A program made the translations under genes and the position numbers. The notes under the pieces are model-generated. The model was not told where the DNA came from, did no database searches, and saw only the letters and a program-made list of their open reading frames with translations. Below, piece after piece: positions 36,490-45,050 of a DNA stretch of 64,000 nucleotides (the first letter of the stretch is position 1; each line of letters opens with the position of its first letter). Source of the DNA: Deltaproteobacteria bacterium (GTDB lineage: Bacteria; Myxococcota; Kuafuiibacteriia; Kuafuiibacteriales; Kuafuiibacteriaceae); the NCBI GenBank assembly GCA_040218735.1, contig JAVJQW010000047.1, positions 64,001-128,000 of the forward strand. Direction: 5' to 3'.

Positions 36490-37896
36490 TCATTCGTCGG
36501 CGAGCGCGGCCGAGATCGCGGCGGTATGGACCACGCGGACCGCCACGCCGTGCTCGGCTGCGAGGCGTGCGACGTCGTCGTACTCGGGCGCGACGAGCGG
36601 CAAACCGCGACGCGGCGAGACCTTCACGCGCACGGCGCCGTACGGGGTGTCGACCGACTTCACGGTGCGCGGCGCCAGGTGTCGCTGCACTTCGTAGGCG
36701 CGAACGCCCAGCGTCGTGCTGTGTTCGAGGAACGCTTCGACGATCGCGTCCTGCTCCGCACGCCGGACGAGCGCGTGCACCGTGACGCCGGCGCGGCCCT
36801 TCTTCATGAAGGCGGTCGTGGTCCACACGTCGTAGGCGCCCGCCGCGAACAGCGCGGCCTCGAGCGGTGCGAAGTGTTCGGGCGACATGTCGTCGATGTT
36901 GGCTTCGACGACGAGGTCCTCCTGCGTGGTCGTCGCGGCGACGCGGGCCGTGCCGACGAGCGCACGTACGATGTTGGGGCGGTCGGGCCAGCTCTTGTGT
37001 CCGGCGCCCACGCCGACGGCCGTGATGGTCATCGACGGAATCGAACCCCAGCGATCGGCGAGCGCGGTGAGGAGCGCGGCGCCGGTCGGTGTCACGGTCT
37101 CGCCCTTCAGCGATGTCTCGGTGGTCGGGCAGCCCCGGAGGAGGTGGAGCGTCGCGGGGCCGGGGAGCGGAATGGGCCCGTGCGCGCCGCGCGTCAGGCC
37201 GCGACCGAGCGGCGCGGGCGACACGACGACCTCGTCGACCTCGAGCGCGGCGAACGCGGTGGCCGCGCCGACGATGTCGGCGATGGCGTCGTCGGCGCCG
37301 ACCTCGTGGAACTCGACTTCATCGATCGGGACGCCGTGGGCCTCGGACTCCGCTTCGGCGAGGCGGCGGAACGCGTCGAGCGCGATCGACTTCGCGCGTT
37401 CGTCGAGCTCGGCCTTCGTGATCTGCTTCTTGATGTCGCGGTACGGCCGGTGGTGCGCGTGGTCGTGGTGCGCCGAGGTCACCGGCGGGGTCGGCACCGC
37501 GCCGTGGCGAACGGTCGTCGCGGGCCCGTCGGCGTTCTGCGCGACGGCGGCGTCGCCCTTGGCGCGCGATGGCCCGGGATCGAAGTGCGGCGGGTGGTGA
37601 TGGTGATGGTGGGCGTCGTGGGGATCGGACGTGCGATCCGCCGTGTGGATGTGCGGCGCCCCTTCGGCCGCGTGGCTGTCACCGAGCACGCCGTCGATGT
37701 AGACCTCGATCTGTTTCGCGCGAAGGCCGGCCGGGTGGACCTCGTTCTCCTGGAGCGTGACGTTCTCGAGGCCCATCGCGTCGATGGCGGCGCGCACACC
37801 TTCGATGGGGGCCCCGGCGTCGACGAGGGCGGAGAGGAGCATGTCCCCGGCGGCGCCGCCGACGAGGTCGAGGAAGAGGACGCGGCGTTCGCTCAT
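36490..37896 (-). CDS. larC: Nickel pincer cofactor biosynthesis protein LarC
   Basis: GAAGDMLL, His-rich insert, AESEAHG..FHEVGADDAIADI, HGPIPLPGPAT, TPTGAA, EANIDD, MKKGR, TTLGVR, PEYDD. Confidence 0.93.
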   Translation of the reverse strand: MSERRVLFLDLVGGAAGDMLLSALVDAGAPIEGVRAAIDAMGLENVTLQENEVHPAGLRAKQIEVYIDGVLGDSHAAEGAPHIHTADRTSDPHDAHHHHHHPPHFDPGPSRAKGDAAVAQNADGPATTVRHGAVPTPPVTSAHHDHAHHRPYRDIKKQITKAELDERAKSIALDAFRRLAEAESEAHGVPIDEVEFHEVGADDAIADIVGAATAFAALEVDEVVVSPAPLGRGLTRGAHGPIPLPGPATLHLLRGCPTTETSLKGETVTPTGAALLTALADRWGSIPSMTITAVGVGAGHKSWPDRPNIVRALVGTARVAATTTQEDLVVEANIDDMSPEHFAPLEAALFAAGAYDVWTTTAFMKKGRAGVTVHALVRRAEQDAIVEAFLEHSTTLGVRAYEVQRHLAPRTVKSVDTPYGAVRVKVSPRRGLPLVAPEYDDVARLAAEHGVAVRVVHTAAISAALADE

Positions 37897-38666
37897 TTGT
37901 CGGTCCTGCGGCGGTTGATCAGCGACGCGGCGTAGCCGGCGCCGAAGCCGTTGTCGATGTTCACGACGGTGATGCCCGCGCTGCAGCTCGAAAGCATGCC
38001 GAGGAGCGCGGCGATGCCGCCGAGGCTCGCGCCGAAGCCGACGCTGGTCGGGACGGCGATGACGGGGCGCGAGATCATGCCCTTCACGACGCTCGGGAGC
38101 GCCCCCTCCATGCCCGCGACGACGATGACGACCTCGGCGTCTTCGAGACGCTCGCGCGTGGGGAGGAGCCGGTGCAGACCCGCGACGCCGACGTCGGTGA
38201 TGCGCTCGACGACGTTGCCGAGGAGGTGCGCGGTCTGGGCCGCCTCCTCGGCGACGGGGAGGTCGGAGGTGCCGGCGGCGACGACGAGGATCTTTCCGCG
38301 GCCGGCGTCGGCCATCGCTTCGCCGACGACGAACAGACGCGACGTCGGGTCGTACTTCAGGTCCGCGCGGTGCTCGGGGGCGAGGAGGGACTCGGCGGTC
38401 TCGGCCTTTGCGGTGTCGACGCGCGTGACGATCGCGGTCTGGCCGTTCTTTCGAATGGAATCGACGATGTGGGCGATCTGCTCCGGGGTCTTGCCCGGGC
38501 CGTAGACGACCTCGGGGTAGCCCGTGCGTACGTGCCGGTGGTGGTCGATGCGCGCGAAGCCGAGGTCCTCGAAGGGGAGGCGCGACAGGCGCGTGCTCGC
38601 ATCGTCGACGGACACATCACCGGCTTTGACGGCGGTGAGGAGCTTCGTCAGGTCCTCGGGGCTCAT
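37893..38666 (-). CDS. larB: Nickel pincer cofactor biosynthesis protein LarB (PurE-like)
   Basis: ARIDHHR..GYPEVVYGPGK, AGTSDLPVAEEA, DVGVAGLHR, VAGMEGALPSV, VVNIDNGFGA. Confidence 0.94.
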   Translation of the reverse strand: MSPEDLTKLLTAVKAGDVSVDDASTRLSRLPFEDLGFARIDHHRHVRTGYPEVVYGPGKTPEQIAHIVDSIRKNGQTAIVTRVDTAKAETAESLLAPEHRADLKYDPTSRLFVVGEAMADAGRGKILVVAAGTSDLPVAEEAAQTAHLLGNVVERITDVGVAGLHRLLPTRERLEDAEVVIVVAGMEGALPSVVKGMISRPVIAVPTSVGFGASLGGIAALLGMLSSCSAGITVVNIDNGFGAGYAASLINRRRTDK

Positions 38667-38691
38667 GGCCGGAACATAGAGGAAGCGGCGC

Positions 38692-39057
38692 TCAGGTCGA
38701 TAGTAGTTCTTCGATCTCGGCGAGCAGCTCTTCGGCCTCGACGGGCTTTCCCACGATGCAGGTCAGCCCGATCCGGAGCGCCTCGGCCTGAACGCTAGGC
38801 TGGAGGAGCCCGGTGACCGCGATGATCCGAGCCTCGGGATCGATCTCGAGGATCCGCTGCGCGGCTTCGGTTCCACTGAGGAACGGGAGGACGAGATCGA
38901 GCGTGACGATGTCGGGCCGCAGGACTTCGAACTGCTCGACGGCCTCGAGCCCGGTCGCGGCGACACCGGCGATCTGATGCCCGCCCTTGATCAGGAGATC
39001 GCAGACGACCTGACGCTCGTAGATCGAGTCGTCGACGACGAGCACCCGCACCCCCAT
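38692..39057 (-). CDS. Single-domain response regulator (CheY-like)
   Basis: VLVVDDS, PDIVTLDLVLP, AVTG, GKP. Confidence 0.88.
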   Translation of the reverse strand: MGVRVLVVDDSIYERQVVCDLLIKGGHQIAGVAATGLEAVEQFEVLRPDIVTLDLVLPFLSGTEAAQRILEIDPEARIIAVTGLLQPSVQAEALRIGLTCIVGKPVEAEELLAEIEELLST

Positions 39058-39106
39058 CGGCTGCGCAGCCTCGCACTTCGAGGGGGGCGGCGTCGAGTTG
39101 GTGATG

Positions 39107-39685
39107 TCAGTGCGCGACGACGGAGTACGCGAGGTTGGACAGCTCGAAGAGACCGTCGAGGCGCCAGACCGTGCCGGGCGCGAGGCCATCGATTCCCATC
39201 GCACCGTCTGCAGCGGTTGCGACGTCGAAGCGCACGCCGGCCAGCTCGATGGGCCGGATCGCTCGCGGGGCGCCGCTGCGGTCGAGGACCGACCAGCGAA
39301 TCGTGAGATCGGCGAGACCTTCACCGGCAGGCACGAAGGTGAGCCGCGGGTCGACGATGTCGAGGCCGCGGGGCGGGAGGAGCTCGGCGCCGATGTGGAT
39401 GTCGGCGAGCTCGAGCTCCACGCGCTCGACGGCGTCGTCGACGAGGTGGATCGCGCCGCCCCGAACGCTCAGCTCCGGCTCGGCGCTGCGCTCGCCGTCC
39501 GTGGCTTCGAGCGTCAGCCAGGAGCCCGCGGCGTCTACCGCGAGGGCGCGAACGACCGGAGCCTTCGGAGCCGGCGGCGTCACCGGCGCCTCGGGCGTGA
39601 GCGGCGGCGGGGTGGGGACGGGCGCCTCGGGACCGCACGCGGCCAGCGAGGCGAGGAGCAGCAGAGGGCGTACACGGTCGCACAT
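39107..39685 (-). CDS. Hypothetical lipoprotein
   Basis: Lipobox LAAC followed by a Pro-rich tether. Confidence 0.65.
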   Translation of the reverse strand: MCDRVRPLLLLASLAACGPEAPVPTPPPLTPEAPVTPPAPKAPVVRALAVDAAGSWLTLEATDGERSAEPELSVRGGAIHLVDDAVERVELELADIHIGAELLPPRGLDIVDPRLTFVPAGEGLADLTIRWSVLDRSGAPRAIRPIELAGVRFDVATAADGAMGIDGLAPGTVWRLDGLFELSNLAYSVVAH

Positions 39686-39747
39686 GAGTCGGCGGGTACA
39701 CCCGCCAACACAGCGCGTCAATCATTTCCGACCTATTCGTCGGATTT

Positions 39748-40767
39748 TCAACTACTGGGTCGGTAGTGCTCGAATCCCGAAGGGAGCTCGATGACCTCGC
39801 CGCTCGGGAGGCGGACCTCGATGTCGGGTCGCGCGGTCACGACGCCGACGCGCGCGACGGGGGTCCCGGCGTTGGCGCAGAGCTGGGCGATCTGTTCTTC
39901 GGCGTTCGGGTCTGCGGTGAAGAGGAGCTCGTAGTCCTCGCCGCCGGCGAGCGCGATCGGGATGGGGTCGCGTTGGGTGGCGTCGGCGTAGCTCGCGAGC
40001 GCCTCGGAGACGGGGATCGCGCCGCCTTCGATTCGGGCGCCGAGGCCCTCGGGCTCGAGGAGGCGGCGGAGGTCGCGGGAGAATCCGTCGGACACGTCGC
40101 ACATCGCGTGCGCGAGCTGGGTCTCGCCGAGCTTGCGACCGGCGCGGGGGCGGACGACCGGATCGATCAGCGCGCTGAACAACGGGTACCGCGGATCGTC
40201 GTGCTCGGGAGGCGGGCCCGCCCGGGCGACCTCGAGTCCGGCGCGGGCGTCGCCGAGGTGTCCGGTCACGTAGATGGCGTCGCCCACGAGGGTGCCGCGG
40301 CGGCGGACGAGCTGCGACGGCTCGGCGCGACCGATGAGCGTGATGGTGAGGACGATCGGTCCGTCGATGGTGGTGGTGTTGCCGCCGATGATCGCGACGC
40401 CGTTGGCCTTGCAGACGTCGCGGATGCCGAGCGCGATGCGCTTCGCGGTCTCGACGGTGGTGCTCGGAGGGATGCTGACGGCGAGCAGCGCGTAGCGCGA
40501 GGTCGCGCCCATCGCGGCGATGTCGGAGACGTTCACCGAGACGAGCTTCCGGCCCACGACGTTCGGGGGCGTGTACGCGAGGTCGAAGTGCACACCTTCG
40601 ACCTGCGAGTCCGTCGTCACCACCGTGACGTACTTCGGCTCCACGAAGTAGGCCGCGGCGTCGTCGCCGTTGGGCACGATGACCTTGCCGCCGAGGGATC
40701 CGGCTTCAATCGCGAAGAGCTCGATCAGGCCGTCTTCGCCGATGCTGTCGACCGTCGCTTCTGTCAC
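39748..40767 (-). CDS. thiL: Thiamine-monophosphate kinase
   Basis: GEDGLI, GDDAA, EGVHF, VNVSDIAAMG, GGNT, DVSDG, GGEDYELLF, GFEH. Confidence 0.93.
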   Translation of the reverse strand: MTEATVDSIGEDGLIELFAIEAGSLGGKVIVPNGDDAAAYFVEPKYVTVVTTDSQVEGVHFDLAYTPPNVVGRKLVSVNVSDIAAMGATSRYALLAVSIPPSTTVETAKRIALGIRDVCKANGVAIIGGNTTTIDGPIVLTITLIGRAEPSQLVRRRGTLVGDAIYVTGHLGDARAGLEVARAGPPPEHDDPRYPLFSALIDPVVRPRAGRKLGETQLAHAMCDVSDGFSRDLRRLLEPEGLGARIEGGAIPVSEALASYADATQRDPIPIALAGGEDYELLFTADPNAEEQIAQLCANAGTPVARVGVVTARPDIEVRLPSGEVIELPSGFEHYRPSS

Positions 40768-40817
40768 GGGCGGGAGGTTAACAAATGCGCGCACGCGTTG
40801 CGGGGGTGCGCGACGGT

Positions 40818-43800
40818 TCAATGGCCCTCGTCCTGCGCTGGCGCGTTCTGCCAGTCCTTCCACCACTGCGCGTTGTCGGGGTGCTCCTCGACGAGCTTCG
40901 CCCACACCTCGTTCACGCGGACGAGCAGCGCCCGGTCGCTCCGTGCGCGCGCCAACGCGCCGGCCGCGTGGGCCCAGTCCGCCCGAGCCTGTCCGGCCTC
41001 GCGGTCGATGCCGAGGAGCTCCTCCCCTTCCTCGTGGGCCTGCGCGAACCAGTCGTCCGCTTCGTCGAAACGCCCCACCGCCTCGAGCGCACGCGCGTAG
41101 AGCAGCGAGACGCGCACCGCCATCGGCGCGCGGTCCGGGTAAGGCTTCGGTGCCCGCGCGTGGATCGCGACGGGCTCCAACAACACCAACGCGGCGGTGA
41201 GATCTCCGTTTGCGAGCGCGGCCGCGCCCAGACGCCATGCGGTACGCGCGACGTCGTGGGTGAAGCCCTCCGGCTCGACCCGAGTCGTGATCGCGACCGA
41301 CTCCATCGCGGCCTCGTGCGCGAGCCGCCGGCGGCCGTGCTCCACGAAGAGCTCGGCCTGCCGCAGCCGCACGTTGACGAGGTGTTGTTTGTACAGCTCG
41401 ACGTCGCCGAAGCGCTCGATCGATCTGCGCGCCATCGACTCGGCGATTTCGAGCGCCTTGGCCGCCTCGTCCACGTTCCCCGCGCCGGTGTGCACGTCCG
41501 CAAGATCCACCGCGCGCCACAGCTCGGCCCGGAGCATCCTGAGCCCGTCACCCTTCGTTCGGTGAAGATTGCAGCCGAGCGCGTGGTAGGCGATCGCCTC
41601 CGCGGTCTCGCCGAGCCGTCGGTGCAGACGGACACGCATCAACAACAAGTGCGACAGGCGCCGATCGTCGGCGCCCGCTCGCCGCGCAACTTCGGTTGCG
41701 CGATCCAACGCCGCGAGCCCCTTGGTCGTGTTGCCGAGGTCGCGGTGGTAGCGAACCAGATTCAGGAGCTGGTCCGTGTACGTCTGCGCGATCTCGGTGT
41801 CGGTGGTACGTGCGGCGTACAGCTTCGAGAACCGCTCGACCGAGTCCTCCACCGCGGCGCGGACCTGCGCGACGTCGGCGCGACCGATCCAGATGAACTC
41901 GTCGATGACGTCGGCGAGCCGAAGCATCGGCTCGCGATCCTCGGGCGCAGCATCGACCAGCGCGATCGCACGCCGGTACGCGTCGCGTATCAGGCGATTG
42001 GCCTCGTCCACTTCGCCGTGTTGATTCGCGAGGCTCGCGCGACGAACGATCGCGTCGACCTTCAGACCCTCCACACGATCCCCGTCGATCCCCTCGACGA
42101 GATCCGCGCTCGACTGCGCCAGCGTACGGCGGATGTCCTCCCGATCCTCTGGGCTCGCGCCCGCCTCCGCGACCAAGCGCTTCGCGACGCGCATCGCGCG
42201 CTCCTCGACCTCGGCCTGCTGCGCGCGTTCCACGACGACCCAGGTGAGGAGCGCCGCGACCCCCGACGCCACCGCCGCCAACATGACCGCGCGCCGCCGA
42301 CGCTGCGACGCCGCCTCGTCCTCCGCGCGGCGGCGGGCCCGCTCCGACGCGGCGAGGTACGCGTGCGCAGCGTCCGAGGCATCCTCGGACGTGGACAGGT
42401 AGGCGAGCTGTCGGCCGCGCGCGAGCCCCTCGTCGGGGCGACCGGCGGCGGCCCACGCCACCGCGGCCGACTCGAGATCCTGCCGCGCGCGCAGCGTATG
42501 TCGCCGCTCCGCGAGCCACCCGCGGAGGCGCGGCCAATCCGTGCACAGGCGCTCGTGCGCGAGCTCGACGACCGGTGTGCTCCCTTCGACACGCCCCACG
42601 ACGAGGCCGGCCGGTCCCGCCCCGAGCGCGTTCAACACCCGGCGCGCGAGGTCGTCTCCCCCCGCGAGGCGCTCCGCCTCCTCGCGGGGACGGAGGCGCC
42701 GCGTGACGGCGTCGCCGTCGAGATCCACGAGGCCGATCAGCACGCGCCTCGCGCGCCGCTCTCCCTCCTCGCCGAGGTCGTGGAGCACACGATCCGCGGC
42801 CTCGACGAACGCGACCGTCGGACCGCCCATCGCCTCGTAGTCCTCGACGGAACAGCGGCCGTCGCTGGTGGTCCAGAGGCGATGCAGCGCGTACGCGATC
42901 ATCGGGAGCGACGCACCGCGCGCCGCCTCGGCGACGAAGCGCGCGACCGTGTCCTCGGGGAGCGGCCACCCCGCGAGCAGCGCGGGTGCGGTGACCGCGC
43001 GACGCACGCCGTCGGTGCGGAGCGGGCCGAGCTCGAAGCGCTCCGCGTCGGCGTTCATCCGCTCCGCAAAGCCCGGGACGAGCGCGAGGCGCCCGAGGAG
43101 ATCGGAGCGCGCCGAGGTCACGAGCCAGGCCCCGTTCGCCTCGTCGAGGTACGCCGCAATCGCCGAGACGAATTCGCCGAGCCCCTCCGGCGCGCCGCCG
43201 AGTGTCACGACCTCTTCGAGCTGATCGATGACGAGGATCGTCGGTCGCCGCGCGAGGACCTCCCGCAGCGCGGCCACGGGATCGGCGCCCGGCCGGATCA
43301 CCACCGGCGCGTCCGTCACCACGCCCAGCGCACCGTGCGCGAGCAGCGGCAGCACCCCCGCCGCGACGAAGGACGACTTGCCGACTCCGCTCGGCCCCTC
43401 CACCGCGAGCCAGCGACGCCCCGACGCCGCGAGCCGCTCGAACGCGAGCGCGACCTCGGCGTCGCGACCGAAGAACGAAGAAGCGTCAGCCGCCGTGAAC
43501 GCACGAAGGCCGGGGAACGGACACGCCGGTGCTGCGTCGTGGTTGCGCGCGGGGCGCTGCGACACCGCGCGCAGCGTACGCGCTACGACCAGCGCCGACT
43601 CCGGCCGTTCATCCGGCGCGATCGCGAGGCAGCGCCCGATCAGCTCGTCGAGCACGGGTGAGGCCTGGGGCCGCCGAGCGATCAGCCGCGCGGGACGCGG
43701 AGCTCCGGTGGGATCGACGTCGTCGGCGAAGGGGCGTGCACCGGTGAGGAGCTCGTAGGCGACGACGCCGAGCGCGAACACGTCGGTGCGCGCGTCCTGC

Positions 43801-44459
43801 GGCTCACCGCGCCACTGCTCCGGCGCCATGTACCCGGGGGTGCCCGCGATGGGTGTCTGCAGCGCACGACCGAGGGAGTGCGCGAGGCCGAAGTCGAGCA
43901 CCCGCGCGTGCCCCGCTTCGTCGACGAGGACGTTCTCGGGTTTGAGGTCGCGGTGAATCACGCCGCGCGCGTGTGCATAGGCGAGCGCCTCCGCCACATC
44001 TGCGAGCGCGGCGAGGATGCGATCCGCGGTCGCGACGGAGCGCAACGGAACACCGTCGACCCACTCGCTCACGATGTACGGCGTGCTGATCAGCTCCGCG
44101 CCCGAATCGTCGAGGGACTCGACCGCGGAGACGTCGTAGACCGTCACGGTCAGCGGGTGCCGAAGCGCAGCGGAGGTCTGCGCCTCCCGCGCGAAGTCCA
44201 ACGCGACGCTCACCGGCACTCGGCTGAACCGGGCGCCGAAGGTCTGCGGCCCCATCAACTTGATGGCGACGTCGCGCTCCAGCCGAAGGTCGCGCGCGCG
44301 ATACACGACGCCGAACCCGCCGCGTCCGATGAGCGCCTCGATCACGTAGCGTTCGTCCAACGTCCGCCCGGCGAGGCGTTCGATCACCCGCACCTGCGCG
44401 CGCTCCGCGAAGAAGTCGAGGAAGGCGTCCGGCAGCGCCTCTTCCTCGAGCGACGTCAC
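40818..44459 (-). CDS. Ser/Thr kinase + nSTAND1-type NTPase + TM + TPR protein
   Basis: GRGGFG, HRDLKPEN, DFG; CPFPGLRAF..FFGRD, GPSGVGKSS, IDQLEE, ELAHERL..WPRLRGW; TM helix; helical repeats. Confidence 0.9.
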   Translation of the reverse strand: MTSLEEEALPDAFLDFFAERAQVRVIERLAGRTLDERYVIEALIGRGGFGVVYRARDLRLERDVAIKLMGPQTFGARFSRVPVSVALDFAREAQTSAALRHPLTVTVYDVSAVESLDDSGAELISTPYIVSEWVDGVPLRSVATADRILAALADVAEALAYAHARGVIHRDLKPENVLVDEAGHARVLDFGLAHSLGRALQTPIAGTPGYMAPEQWRGEPQDARTDVFALGVVAYELLTGARPFADDVDPTGAPRPARLIARRPQASPVLDELIGRCLAIAPDERPESALVVARTLRAVSQRPARNHDAAPACPFPGLRAFTAADASSFFGRDAEVALAFERLAASGRRWLAVEGPSGVGKSSFVAAGVLPLLAHGALGVVTDAPVVIRPGADPVAALREVLARRPTILVIDQLEEVVTLGGAPEGLGEFVSAIAAYLDEANGAWLVTSARSDLLGRLALVPGFAERMNADAERFELGPLRTDGVRRAVTAPALLAGWPLPEDTVARFVAEAARGASLPMIAYALHRLWTTSDGRCSVEDYEAMGGPTVAFVEAADRVLHDLGEEGERRARRVLIGLVDLDGDAVTRRLRPREEAERLAGGDDLARRVLNALGAGPAGLVVGRVEGSTPVVELAHERLCTDWPRLRGWLAERRHTLRARQDLESAAVAWAAAGRPDEGLARGRQLAYLSTSEDASDAAHAYLAASERARRRAEDEAASQRRRRAVMLAAVASGVAALLTWVVVERAQQAEVEERAMRVAKRLVAEAGASPEDREDIRRTLAQSSADLVEGIDGDRVEGLKVDAIVRRASLANQHGEVDEANRLIRDAYRRAIALVDAAPEDREPMLRLADVIDEFIWIGRADVAQVRAAVEDSVERFSKLYAARTTDTEIAQTYTDQLLNLVRYHRDLGNTTKGLAALDRATEVARRAGADDRRLSHLLLMRVRLHRRLGETAEAIAYHALGCNLHRTKGDGLRMLRAELWRAVDLADVHTGAGNVDEAAKALEIAESMARRSIERFGDVELYKQHLVNVRLRQAELFVEHGRRRLAHEAAMESVAITTRVEPEGFTHDVARTAWRLGAAALANGDLTAALVLLEPVAIHARAPKPYPDRAPMAVRVSLLYARALEAVGRFDEADDWFAQAHEEGEELLGIDREAGQARADWAHAAGALARARSDRALLVRVNEVWAKLVEEHPDNAQWWKDWQNAPAQDEGH

Positions 44460-45013
44460 GGCGTCGAGAGGTCCTCGAGCCCCGAGGCCCGCGCGTGCTC
44501 GCGGAGGCGCTGCGTCAACCGCGAGAGTCGCTTCCGCACGGCGGCGGGCGTGACGGGCGCGTCGGGCGTCGAGAGGCGCTCCGCGATCTCGGGGTGCTGC
44601 AGCCCCTCCTGGAACCGGAGCACGAGGAGCGCGCCGTCTTCGTCTTCGAGCTGTTCGAGGATCGCGGCGACGCCCTCACGGAGGCGATGGATCCGATCCG
44701 ACTCGCGGAGCTGCGTCGAAGGGCCGGGCCCCTCGCCGCCGAGCACCGACGCGTCCCGGGTGCGGAGCGCGACCTCGCGTTGGCTGATGCGCGCGCGTCG
44801 TTGGAGGAGGCGATGCGCTTCGTTGCGGGCGATCTGGAAGACCCACGCGCGGAGGGAACGATCCGAGTCGCCGCGGTAGGTAGCGAAGCCGGTGAGGATG
44901 CGTTCGCTCGCGGCGGACCAGGCGTCGTCGACGTCGGCGTCGTCGCGGAGGAGCCGCCCGAGCCACGCCGTCACTTCGGCGCGGTGCCGCGTGATGACCT
45001 GGGCGCCGTCCAC
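44456..45013 (-). CDS. ECF sigma factor coupled to the kinase gene
   Basis: DADVDDAWS, SLRAWVFQIARNEA, LVLRFQEGL..PEIAERL..AAVRKRLSR; GTGA overlap with the kinase. Confidence 0.8.
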   Translation of the reverse strand: MDGAQVITRHRAEVTAWLGRLLRDDADVDDAWSAASERILTGFATYRGDSDRSLRAWVFQIARNEAHRLLQRRARISQREVALRTRDASVLGGEGPGPSTQLRESDRIHRLREGVAAILEQLEDEDGALLVLRFQEGLQHPEIAERLSTPDAPVTPAAVRKRLSRLTQRLREHARASGLEDLSTP

Positions 45014-45050
45014 GCCCCGAATGTTGGCGCGGACGGCGTTGGTGTCAACG

